A DNA stretch of 48,509 bases from an uncultured Candidatus Peribacteria bacterium (GCA_964449945.1 CAYVBX010000008.1:1-48509); one strand, 5' to 3'. Shown: positions 29,793 to 38,056, counted from the first letter of the stretch. A program made the numbers and translations. The notes: a model not told the origin generated them from the sequence alone.

Positions 29793-29804
29793 AACTTTAA
29801 AAAC

Positions 29805-30701
29805 ATGAAACAACAATATGGAATAGGTCTTGAATCAGAAGGATTTATTATCGATGAGAACGAAAAACCAATTTCAAAAATCGAAAACATTCCAAGTTCC
29901 GAGTGGTTAATGGCTCAAATGAGAGAAAAAAATCCAAGAATTGCAAATGAAAATTTGTCATTTGAACAAGCTTCAATAATGATAGAAGTAAAAACGGATT
30001 TATTTACAGAAGGAATAAACGCTGTATCCCAAATTTTAGAGATTCGAGATTTGATTAATCAAGTTCTGCCAAATGGCTTGTCTTTGAGTTTTACAGCAGT
30101 TCCTAAAAGGCATTTTACTTTTGAACCAGCAACAAGTGATCCAAATTCAAGATGTGTCGCACTCTTAAAAAGATGGGGGACTTTGCCAAATGGAGAGAGA
30201 TTGCTCAAATCAACAGCTGTAGCATCTTTACAAATTAACGATTCAAGACCATTTGAAGGGCTTTCAGAAATGGAAAAGCTCGAAAAATCTCGCAGACTTC
30301 ACAACATCTTTTCAAGTTCTTTTGACGAACTATCTTCTCATAATCCAATTATCCATGATTATGAAGGCCTTACGAGAATTGATAGACTTAAATATTTACT
30401 TCAAGAAATAAATGGGCAAAAATTTTTAAATAAAGGTTTTCAAGATACCCACGCAGTCATTCCACCATATTTTGAAGACATTGAACAAATGAAAAGATGG
30501 CTTTGTGTTTTTTCAGATACAGATTCTTTCGAAGAAGCAGATCCTAAAAACGAACATTCAATTACTATAAAAATTAAACGCCAACCAAAGACAGATTATT
30601 GGGCAATGGAAACAAGAATTTTTGATGCAGTTGATACAGAACAAGAAATGATGAGCATAATTCATAAAGTTTCAGAAAAAGTTGCTCTTTCTACTTTCTA
30701 A
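29805..30701 (+). CDS. Carboxylate-amine ligase, glutamate-cysteine-ligase family 2 (GCS2/YbdK)-like
   Basis: 298 aa. IGLESEGFIID, EQASIMIEVKT and METRIFDAV follow the G.E.E / E..lE..T / E.R..D pattern of GCS2-type ligases. It is shorter than typical members (about 370 aa). Confidence 0.5.
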   Translation: MKQQYGIGLESEGFIIDENEKPISKIENIPSSEWLMAQMREKNPRIANENLSFEQASIMIEVKTDLFTEGINAVSQILEIRDLINQVLPNGLSLSFTAVPKRHFTFEPATSDPNSRCVALLKRWGTLPNGERLLKSTAVASLQINDSRPFEGLSEMEKLEKSRRLHNIFSSSFDELSSHNPIIHDYEGLTRIDRLKYLLQEINGQKFLNKGFQDTHAVIPPYFEDIEQMKRWLCVFSDTDSFEEADPKNEHSITIKIKRQPKTDYWAMETRIFDAVDTEQEMMSIIHKVSEKVALSTF

Positions 30702-30762
30702 AAAATTAGATTGAATTAAAAAAAACTGGGAGTAATATTGCTCTCACATATTAATTTTAAAA

Positions 30763-31716
30763 ATGAAAAAAATACTAATAACAGGAGCAACTGGACAAAT
30801 CGGAACAGAGCTAATTCTTGAACTAAGAAAGAAATATGGCGTAGAAAATGTTATTGCAGTAGGGCATTCAAGGCCTGCAAGTGGAGATCTTTCAATAGGT
30901 CCTTTCGAATCTTGTGATGTCACAAATTTAAAAGAACTAGAAACTTTATTTCAAAAACATAGTCCAGACACAATTTTCCATTTAGTTGGAATCCTATCTG
31001 CAACCGGTGAAAAAAATCCAGATTTAGCTTGGAATGTAAACATGAACGGACTAAAAAATGTATTAGATTTGAGTCTAAAATATTCAGTAAAAAAGATTTT
31101 TTGGCCAAGCTCAATCGCTTCATTCGGTCCAAACACACCAAAAGAAAACACCCCACAACACACAATTTTAGAGCCCACAACAATGTACGGAGTCACAAAA
31201 GTAGCTGGAGAATTACTTTGTCAGTATTATTTCAAAAAATACAACTTAGACATAAGAAGCATTAGATACCCCGGAATCATAAGCTACAAAACATTACCCG
31301 GAGGAGGCACAACAGATTACGCAGTCGCAGTTTATTTTGAAGCACTTGAAAAAAAATCATACGAATTTTTTGTAAACGAAGACACAGTTTTGCCAATGAT
31401 GTATATGCCAGATGCAGTATCCGCAACAATCGATTTAATGGAAGCCCCAATCGAAAATATTAGTATTAGAACAAGCTACAATCTCACAGCAATGAGCTTT
31501 TCGGCAAAAGAACTTGCAGAAGAAGTAAAAAAACATATTCCAGATTTCGCATATTCTTTTAATCCAGATTCAAGACAAGAAATTGCAAATTCATGGCCAA
31601 AATCAATAGACGATAGTTTTGCAAAAAAAGATTTTAATTGGATTCCAAAATATGATCTCACAAAAATGTCAGAAGATATGATAGAAAATATCAAAGCCTT
31701 GAACACGAAAATCTAA
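30763..31716 (+). CDS. Extended short-chain dehydrogenase/epimerase, L-threonine 3-dehydrogenase-like
   Basis: 317 aa with the Rossmann motif ITGATGQIG and catalytic YGVTK (YxxxK). The N-terminal KILITGATGQIGTELILELRKKYGVENVIA is typical of the SDR-type TDH/UDP-sugar epimerase subgroup. Confidence 0.7.
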   Translation: MKKILITGATGQIGTELILELRKKYGVENVIAVGHSRPASGDLSIGPFESCDVTNLKELETLFQKHSPDTIFHLVGILSATGEKNPDLAWNVNMNGLKNVLDLSLKYSVKKIFWPSSIASFGPNTPKENTPQHTILEPTTMYGVTKVAGELLCQYYFKKYNLDIRSIRYPGIISYKTLPGGGTTDYAVAVYFEALEKKSYEFFVNEDTVLPMMYMPDAVSATIDLMEAPIENISIRTSYNLTAMSFSAKELAEEVKKHIPDFAYSFNPDSRQEIANSWPKSIDDSFAKKDFNWIPKYDLTKMSEDMIENIKALNTKI

Positions 31717-32573
31717 ATTTTCTCACATAAATAATAAGCATCACGATTAGTTCCCTTCCGGATGCTTTTTATTGTACCAGGAAATAAAATCAGTAAATTT
31801 TTTTTATTAGGAGCCTTATATTTTTTCAAATTATCTTCAGCAATCGTTTCTGAAGGCCTTATATCCATAAAAGACTTGTAGTTTTTCAAATAATTTATTG
31901 TCTTAAAATCTTTAACAATTTGTCTTTCTAAAGTTTTTAGTTTTATAGGAGATTTTTTAGAAATTTTTCGCTTAAAATTTGCCATTTCAAGTTCTTGCAA
32001 CAAAATTTTCGCACAAGAAACTGAAATATCTTTAGTACTTTTATTCTTATGCCTCCCACACTCAACAACAATTCCAATTTTACCTTTTGGAAGACAATTA
32101 AGAGTTGTGCCTTTCAAAAATCTTGCAAAATTTTGAACATCATATTCAACTGGAAGTTTCGAAATAATTTCTCGACTTTTTTTATTCGGATAAAAACAAA
32201 TTGAAAACGGAACAGAAGCCTTACTCGTGGAATGTAAATCCAAAACAACATCCATTTTTTTTAGTAATTTCATTATTTCCATCGCTCTTTTGTACTCAAA
32301 AGAATTAAAATCAAAACCTTCCGGGTAGTCAGATTTTTTTTCAAAAAAAATTCTATTCATATCATATTTAATTCCCCGAATCTCTCTCTTGGATGCCAAA
32401 TAATTTGCATTAATCAAAAAAACTTTTCCTGAATAAAGAGGATTTTTCTTAAAAAACTTTATTAAAGCATCATGTGCATATTCACCAGCAGGCTCATCCC
32501 CATGCACTCTAGCTAAAATTGCAACAGAAAGTCCTTTTTTCTTTCCTTCAATAATTTTTACATTTTTAATCAT
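31713..32573 (-). CDS. Succinylglutamate desuccinylase/aspartoacylase (AstE/AspA) family zinc deacylase
   Basis: 286 aa. ILARVHGDEPAGEYA (HxxE zinc motif) and VVLDLHST are typical of this M14-related family. It overlaps the convergent SDR gene by 4 nt. Confidence 0.7.
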   Translation of the reverse strand: MIKNVKIIEGKKKGLSVAILARVHGDEPAGEYAHDALIKFFKKNPLYSGKVFLINANYLASKREIRGIKYDMNRIFFEKKSDYPEGFDFNSFEYKRAMEIMKLLKKMDVVLDLHSTSKASVPFSICFYPNKKSREIISKLPVEYDVQNFARFLKGTTLNCLPKGKIGIVVECGRHKNKSTKDISVSCAKILLQELEMANFKRKISKKSPIKLKTLERQIVKDFKTINYLKNYKSFMDIRPSETIAEDNLKKYKAPNKKNLLILFPGTIKSIRKGTNRDAYYLCEKI

Positions 32574-32632
32574 AATATCCTCTTGATTTTATGAATTTTA
32601 TGAGATAAATAAACAATCGTTTTAAAGAAAAT

Positions 32633-34192
32633 ATGCACCCTAGAACATCAAATATTATACCAGATTTTGCATGTGAATTAAAGCCTCAAGGCTATTTTCA
32701 AGATGATATCGTGAGATTTAAAGATTTAAGCAATAACGAAGAATATTCAATTATCTTTGATAGTAACGGAGAATTTGAAAGATTAAATACGGAAGTTTTT
32801 GATTTGGTTTTAGAAAATAGAACCTTTCTATCTCAACATACAGATTTTTTGGATAATACTATAAAGAGGCCAAAAAATGGAGGGATAGTACATTTTTGCA
32901 ATGTTCTTGAGGTAAATATTACAGGAAAAGGTGGGGGAATAAATCCGGGAATAAAGGGAATTTCTTCATATTTATTTAGACAAGGTCCAATGCTCTCTTC
33001 AAAAGATGGTCTTATTATCAGTAAAGAAGCTGTTTTAAAGGCAAGGGAAAACCTAAGATATTTAAATGAAAAAGGCATAGATGTGATAAAAGAAGAAAAT
33101 GTTTTTGGAATAGAAATAGATGAAAATTCAACAATAATTAGAGATAAAGGAATTGAAGAATTACAAGGAATTATGGAAGAAAGACACGAAACCTATAAGT
33201 TTTTACCATTTATTCATACAGAAAAAATGGCAAAAACTGCAGAAAAAATTGGATTTGACTATACGGCAGACATAACAGCCACCAGCTTATTAACCGATAA
33301 ATTTTATGTTTTAAAAACATTACCAAATTTTTCTGTTAAAACAATTTTTGGAAAAGAGTTAAATAGTGTAAATGATTTAGAGTTGGCACGAATGAATCCC
33401 GTTATTAGTGCTCAAGAATTCGTTGTTTTAAAGTTGCGAGATGGTGCTTCTGGACTCGGAGTTCGTTTTGTAAAAAACAATTATTCAGAAGTGTTAAAAA
33501 ACCTAGTAGAATTAGGAGAGCCAGATGAAAGGGGAGTTTTAAAATACACCGTAAGAATAGAAGAATGTTTGAAAACTTTATCATCTCCAAGCGCAGGCTT
33601 ATACATTTCAGAAAATGAAATAGTATTTTTAGGTTTTTCAGACCAGTTTTTTGAACAAGCAGAAGATAGCTCAAAACCTCCCAAAGAACACATGGGCAAT
33701 ATAGGTCCTTCTAGTTATGAAAATTTGATTAAAACAACATCTGTAAAAGTCGGAGAATTTGCCAGAAAATTAAACTATACTGGCTTTCTGGGAGTAGATT
33801 ATGTTTTAATTGAAAACCATGATAAATCTGTAGAACTTCGAGTTGCAGAAATTAATCCACGACTAGGGGGTCCATCAACAGCTTATCGAATCGCTTATGA
33901 TCATCCTCTTGCTATATCCAAAAATCAATCATTTACAGGTTTAGGTTTTTCTGGAGGAAACTTAGATATCTCAATAGATCACCAAAAAAAAAGTATCTAT
34001 CATTTGGACAAAGATTTAAATAAAATTTTAACGAGTGTTTCAAGTGACATCTTCGCTGTTATTACGAATATGCTTCCTATTGAATATGGCAGAATACAGA
34101 TTGCAGTTTTTGGAAAAAACCCAGAGAATATAAGAAAAGCTTATAGAAAAGCACAGAATTATTTCTGTCCAAACCATAAATCTAATATATAA
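32633..34192 (+). CDS. ATP-grasp ligase with an about 230-aa N-terminal domain of unknown function
   Basis: 519 aa. FVVLKLRDGASGLGVRFV and VAEINPRLGG are classic ATP-grasp elements. The N-terminal third has no motif I recognise. Confidence 0.7.
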   Translation: MHPRTSNIIPDFACELKPQGYFQDDIVRFKDLSNNEEYSIIFDSNGEFERLNTEVFDLVLENRTFLSQHTDFLDNTIKRPKNGGIVHFCNVLEVNITGKGGGINPGIKGISSYLFRQGPMLSSKDGLIISKEAVLKARENLRYLNEKGIDVIKEENVFGIEIDENSTIIRDKGIEELQGIMEERHETYKFLPFIHTEKMAKTAEKIGFDYTADITATSLLTDKFYVLKTLPNFSVKTIFGKELNSVNDLELARMNPVISAQEFVVLKLRDGASGLGVRFVKNNYSEVLKNLVELGEPDERGVLKYTVRIEECLKTLSSPSAGLYISENEIVFLGFSDQFFEQAEDSSKPPKEHMGNIGPSSYENLIKTTSVKVGEFARKLNYTGFLGVDYVLIENHDKSVELRVAEINPRLGGPSTAYRIAYDHPLAISKNQSFTGLGFSGGNLDISIDHQKKSIYHLDKDLNKILTSVSSDIFAVITNMLPIEYGRIQIAVFGKNPENIRKAYRKAQNYFCPNHKSNI

Positions 34193-34195
34193 AAA

Positions 34196-34528
34196 ATGAG
34201 AATTAACGAGATAATAATCAAAACAGAAGGTATCAAATTTAGTTTAGAAAACGAAAACCAAAAAGAAATCGCCAGAGCAACTCTTTATATTTTATCCAAC
34301 GATTTACATAAAGAACCATTCGGCCTTTTAGAAGACCTTTTTGTAAGTGAAGAAGAAAGAGGAAAGGGGATTGCAACAGATTTGATTAAGCAAGTTATCC
34401 TAAAAGCCAAAGAAAATTCTTGCTACAAGCTAATTGCAACTTCAAGATACGAAAGAGAGCATGTTCATAATATCTATAAAAAACTCGGTTTTACAGATTA
34501 CGGAAAAGAATTCCGAATAAATTTATAA
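34196..34528 (+). CDS. GNAT family N-acetyltransferase (minimal, 110 aa)
   Basis: Acetyl-CoA motif A region ERGKGIATDLIKQVILKAKE and a C-terminal YKKLGF. Starts 3 nt after the ATP-grasp stop. Confidence 0.75.
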   Translation: MRINEIIIKTEGIKFSLENENQKEIARATLYILSNDLHKEPFGLLEDLFVSEEERGKGIATDLIKQVILKAKENSCYKLIATSRYEREHVHNIYKKLGFTDYGKEFRINL

Positions 34529-34584
34529 AACTCAAACTTCTGCCTTTAAAAAAGAGATTAGTGACTATCTGATTAGTCAAAATT

Positions 34585-35301
34585 TTACCAAAGCTTCAAA
34601 CTACTAAAATGACTATAACATTCAGGAGCCTCGCCACCCATCGTTAAAATTTTCTTTTCAAGGGTAATTGTTATTGGTTTTAATTGGCTAGCAGAAAAAA
34701 ATTTTTCTGAGTCATCTTCTTCTAATAGAAAATAGCTCATTTCGTTTTCATCAGAAGAATTATAAAATGAAAGTGTTTGAAAAAAAGTATCTTTGCAACC
34801 TAGTCCAATCCAATTTTCACCAATAAAGCTATTTCCTATTTGTTCATCAGCATATTTTTTCAGAGCAGGATTCATCTGCCCAATAATCATAAATTTTACA
34901 TAAAAAATATCCCTACAACCATCAACGAGGTTAGGATCACAAGAAGCATTTGAATATTGTTCTATTACAGGATATCCAGTTAGCGTCAATCTTCCAAAAA
35001 AATTTCCATTGTTATCCTCTGTAAAAGTATCTTCAGGATAAATTATGTCTTTTTCAAACGTCAAATTGTTGTTTTCTTCCTCAAGTTCTGCCACTTCAAA
35101 TTTTATCTCAACTTCTTTAGAACTCATTAAATTTTCTTCAACATTTTCAGCTTCTTCGTTTTTAATTTCAATTATATTTTGAGTATTTTCTTTATTTAAA
35201 AAGTATTGCCACATAAAAAAAACTAATGCAATTATTAAAAAAGAAAACAAAACTCCAAAAAGAAATGGGAGAAAAGTTTTAGAACTACAACAATTAGACA
35301 T
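34585..35301 (-). CDS. Membrane-anchored protein with a Glu-rich linker and a Cys-containing extracytoplasmic domain
   Basis: 238 aa. N-terminal TM helix LPFLFGVLFSFLIIALVFFMW, then an acidic linker (EEAENVEENL...ELEEENN), then a C-terminal domain with 5 Cys. Confidence 0.55.
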   Translation of the reverse strand: MSNCCSSKTFLPFLFGVLFSFLIIALVFFMWQYFLNKENTQNIIEIKNEEAENVEENLMSSKEVEIKFEVAELEEENNNLTFEKDIIYPEDTFTEDNNGNFFGRLTLTGYPVIEQYSNASCDPNLVDGCRDIFYVKFMIIGQMNPALKKYADEQIGNSFIGENWIGLGCKDTFFQTLSFYNSSDENEMSYFLLEEDDSEKFFSASQLKPITITLEKKILTMGGEAPECYSHFSSLKLW

Positions 35302-35311
35302 AAAATGATTG

Positions 35312-36487
35312 TTAATTTTTTTTCATATTAAAGTATTGATACAAATAACACAAAATTTTTCCATTATAAAGTTTCCTATTTTTATCTGCTCTTTCTCCAA
35401 AAGCTCTTTCAAAATTTGTATCAGAAGTTAAAACAAAATAATCGAAGTTTGGAAAATCTTCAAAAAATTTATCTCCCATATCAGCATATAAATCAAAAAC
35501 TTCATCTTTATCCATTAGTCTTTCTCCATAAGGTGGATTTGTAATTATAATTCCTTTTCGTGAAAAATATTTTTCATACCCTTTTTTCGCCTTAATTTTA
35601 TTCAAATCAAAGTCCCAAAAATCAGAAACTTCAAAATCAATATAGTCATAAACACCAGCCTTTTTTGCATTTTCCTTAGCAATTTTTACTGCTTCTTCAT
35701 CAATGTCAGTTCCAAAATATTTAATATCCAAATTCTTAACGATTTTTTTACGAGCATTTTCTCTCTCAATATTCCAATATTTTTTATCAATAAAATTCCA
35801 AGTTTCAGAAATAAAAGAACGATTTAATCCGGGGGCAATTTTTAGTGCCTGCATCATTCCTTCAATAAGAATAGTTCCAGTCCCACAAAGAGGATCATAA
35901 ATAATATCTTTTTCAGGATACCTCGTTGCAAGTTTTACTAGTGCTGAAGCCAAAGTCTCTTTTATTGGGGCAAAATTTCCTTTTTCCCTATAAGCCCTTT
36001 TATTCAAGCTCTCCCCACTAGTATCAATTAAAACAGAAACGATGTCGTCTTTAATGGCTATATGAATTTTAAAAAGCTCTCCATCTTCAGGAAAACTATT
36101 GCATTTAAAACTTTCTCGAAGTTTTTCAACAATCGCTTTTTTACAAATCGCTTGAATTGAAGATTTTGCAAACAATTTTGATTTAAAACTCGAAACTTTT
36201 GAAACAGGAAACTCACTATCCCTAGACAAATATTTCGCCCAATCAATCTTTTTAACACCTTCAAAAAGTTCATCAAAAGTCTCGGCTCTAAATTCAGAAA
36301 GCTTCAAAAAAACACGATTTGCAGTTCGAAGGTTTATATTTAACTTACAAATATCAGGCAAAGATCCTGCAAATTCAATCCTTCCATCACTACCTTTCAA
36401 ATTATCAAAACCAAGATCAAGAACTTCAAATTTTAACAACTTTTCAAGTCCAAAAGCTGTGGAAACTGAAAAAACAATATTATTCAT
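35312..36487 (-). CDS. THUMP-domain class I SAM-dependent RNA methyltransferase (RlmL/YpsC-like)
   Basis: 391 aa. An N-terminal THUMP-like region is followed by SAM motif I DPLCGTGTILIE and motif IV ITNPPYGERL. Confidence 0.85.
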   Translation of the reverse strand: MNNIVFSVSTAFGLEKLLKFEVLDLGFDNLKGSDGRIEFAGSLPDICKLNINLRTANRVFLKLSEFRAETFDELFEGVKKIDWAKYLSRDSEFPVSKVSSFKSKLFAKSSIQAICKKAIVEKLRESFKCNSFPEDGELFKIHIAIKDDIVSVLIDTSGESLNKRAYREKGNFAPIKETLASALVKLATRYPEKDIIYDPLCGTGTILIEGMMQALKIAPGLNRSFISETWNFIDKKYWNIERENARKKIVKNLDIKYFGTDIDEEAVKIAKENAKKAGVYDYIDFEVSDFWDFDLNKIKAKKGYEKYFSRKGIIITNPPYGERLMDKDEVFDLYADMGDKFFEDFPNFDYFVLTSDTNFERAFGERADKNRKLYNGKILCYLYQYFNMKKN

Positions 36488-36505
36488 TTAGTTTTTTTAT
36501 GTAAA

Positions 36506-36535
36506 GTAGGGAGCTTCTTTTTAGGGAAGCCCCCT
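36506..36535 (-). terminator. GC-rich hairpin downstream of ORF 36547-36918
   Basis: 11-bp stem with one mismatch (TAGGGAGCTTC / GAAGCCCCCTA) and an 8-nt loop, 12 nt past the stop. Its GC content is conspicuous against AT-rich flanks, and the U-tract is weak. Confidence 0.4.
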
Positions 36536-36546
36536 AGTGTTGAGGA

Positions 36547-36918
36547 TTATATCATAAGCTTGAGCCTGATGAAACAATCCATCGCCTTTGGGCCAAGGGC
36601 TGTGCGTTTAATCCTGCTTATGGGATCAAATCGTTCTTCCAAAATTGCAAGAACCATTTGATCCTTGATCTCCTCAATTTCCTTAATTATTTGATCAGGA
36701 AACTTTTGCAAATCAGCAGATATTCGCACTACTCCATACACCAGCATAGCATCCATCACTGTCGGATGATCAGCTTTGAATATGCTTTCTGGCTTTTTTG
36801 CCATCTTTTTTATCTCCGCAACATCATCTATGAAGATGCAAGCATTTTTGACAGTTTCAGTTTTGAAAACTGTCAAAATTTGATCTTCAGAATAATGGGG
36901 GAAATTCTTTGTAGACAT
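36547..36918 (-). CDS. Hypothetical protein (123 aa) with a strong Shine-Dalgarno
   Basis: The track ORF begins at GTG 37029, but that extension runs through a terminator hairpin. ATG 36918 (MSTKNFPHY...) is preceded by AAAGGAGGACAGA. Local GC is higher than the surroundings. Confidence 0.6.
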   Translation of the reverse strand: MSTKNFPHYSEDQILTVFKTETVKNACIFIDDVAEIKKMAKKPESIFKADHPTVMDAMLVYGVVRISADLQKFPDQIIKEIEEIKDQMVLAILEERFDPISRIKRTALGPKAMDCFIRLKLMI

Positions 36919-36999
36919 TCTGTCCTCCTTTTTTATTTGCATCCTCCATGGAGCAAACACCATTATTTTTACAGTATTTCTCAGTTTAAAGTCAAATTT

Positions 37000-37024
37000 A
37001 AAAAGGGGCGTTTTATCGCCCCCC
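37000..37024 (-). terminator. Intrinsic terminator GGGGCG-ATAAAA-CGCCCC followed by TTTTT
   Basis: Perfect 6-bp all-G/C stem (37005-37010 / 37017-37022) with a T5 run on the minus strand (complement of 37000-37004). Sits immediately after stop 37030-37032. Confidence 0.7.
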
Positions 37025-37029
37025 GCCAC

Positions 37030-37359
37030 TTATTTCCCCTCATAAATCCGTTTGAATAATTCAAAGTGAATTATCGCTCGAGGCGTAAGGGGAACATTTT
37101 TAGTTATAAGCGGGTAATCAGAGTCATTTTTTTCAAGTCCATAGGCTTTTTTACAAGCCCTAAGGATTTGAATATAAGCCTCCGTAAACCGCTCATCTTC
37201 CTTCTCGACGGAGAGTCCGCGATCCGATCGCCACATCTTGCTTATTGCAAGAAGTCTTGGCCATCCTTCGGGGACTTCATCCTGTTCAAACGGCAGTTGA
37301 TCGAGAAATTCATCATTTTCTCGAACTTCTGCCAACTTTTCTTCATTCTTCTTCGTCAT
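37030..37359 (-). CDS. Hypothetical protein (109 aa from ATG 37359; track ORF extends to TTG 37443)
   Basis: ATG 37359 (MTKKNEEKL...) is preceded by AAAGGAGGGGAAG. The longer TTG/ATG start lacks an RBS and overlaps a better-supported small ORF in another frame. Confidence 0.55.
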   Translation of the reverse strand: MTKKNEEKLAEVRENDEFLDQLPFEQDEVPEGWPRLLAISKMWRSDRGLSVEKEDERFTEAYIQILRACKKAYGLEKNDSDYPLITKNVPLTPRAIIHFELFKRIYEGK

Positions 37360-37492
37360 CTTCCCCTCCTTTTGCTTGCGAAGATGTTTTGTCTCCTTCT
37401 TCGCTTTTGTCTTTTGAAAGTTGAATTCTGCCTGCCTCATCAAGGCTTAGCTCTTCTCCAAACGAATAAACAAACGCAAAATTCTTTTCCAT
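37343..37492 (-). CDS. Unannotated 49-aa acidic small ORF MEKNFAFVYSFGEELSLDEAGRIQLSKDKSEEGDKTSSQAKGGEDDEEE
   Basis: ATG 37492 is preceded by the strongest SD in the window (AAAAAGGAGGATTT). It sits behind a TTGACA promoter. Its stop overlaps the next start region by 17 nt. Confidence 0.4.
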   Translation of the reverse strand: MEKNFAFVYSFGEELSLDEAGRIQLSKDKSEEGDKTSSQAKGGEDDEEE

Positions 37493-37536
37493 AAATCCTC
37501 CTTTTTTGTCTTAATTAAAACAACTAAGACAAAGAC

Positions 37537-37564
37537 TTTTTACACCTATTTTAATTTTTGTCAA
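37537..37564 (-). promoter_or_regulatory. Promoter TTGACA-16-TAAAAA for the 37492-37030 unit
   Basis: On the minus strand, TTGACA lies at 37564-37559 and TAAAAA at 37542-37537 with a 16-nt spacer. A 9-bp leader hairpin follows (37505-13 / 37525-33), then the SD. Confidence 0.45.
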
Positions 37565-37644
37565 TGCAAAAAGGTCAAGTCCAAACAATTTCTTAAGAAT
37601 TTTTGCTATATTAAAAAAACACCTATTATTTAAATATAAATGTT

Positions 37645-38046
37645 ATGAAAGGATTTCACGCAAACATCGAAAAAGACACAATCGAAAATGAAAATTTTCG
37701 AAAAGTTCTTTACACAGGAAAGCACAGCCAGCTTGTGCTAATGAGTTTAAAACCGGGAGAAGAAATTGGTTTAGAAATTCACTCAGAAAACGATCAATTC
37801 TTCAGGTTTGAACAGGGGCTTGGAAAGGTAGTAATAAACGACACAGAGTATGCTGTAAAAGATGGTTCTGCAATTATTGTTCCTGCAGGTGCAGAGCACA
37901 ATGTTGTAAACATTTCAGATACTGAAGATTTAAGACTATACACGATTTATACACCGCCACATCACAAGGACGGAATTGTTAGAGTTACGAAAGAAGAAGC
38001 AGAAGCCAATGAAGAAGATTTTGATGGACTCACAACAGAAAGCTAA
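37645..38046 (+). CDS. Cupin domain protein
   Basis: 133 aa. GEEIGLEIHSENDQFFRFEQG ... IIVPAGAEHNVVN matches the two cupin motifs (G.H.H...E and G....P....H..N). Confidence 0.85.
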   Translation: MKGFHANIEKDTIENENFRKVLYTGKHSQLVLMSLKPGEEIGLEIHSENDQFFRFEQGLGKVVINDTEYAVKDGSAIIVPAGAEHNVVNISDTEDLRLYTIYTPPHHKDGIVRVTKEEAEANEEDFDGLTTES

Positions 38047-38056
38047 AAAAACAATA

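Noticed and set aside
30733-30746. Near-palindrome GAGTAATATTGCTC upstream of the SDR gene.
   Set aside because: It is imperfect (two non-complementary positions as DNA), short and AT-rich, and it has no partner copy elsewhere in the window. It is not distinguishable from chance.
29687-34540. 13-nt exact direct repeat AAAACTCAAACTT at 29687-29699 and 34528-34540, flanking the ligase cluster as possible att-like island borders.
   Set aside because: In 48.5 kb of ~30% GC DNA, many exact 13-mers are expected by chance (rough estimate of order 100 pairs). The match does not extend convincingly, needing a 1-nt indel to reach ~17/18, and there is no recombinase nearby.
36919-37029. N-terminal 37-codon extension (GTG 37029) of the 160-aa track ORF.
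   Set aside because: The extension reads straight through a perfect G/C terminator hairpin and T-run (37000-37024) and a candidate promoter. ATG 36918 has an AAGGAGG site, so the shorter gene is preferred.
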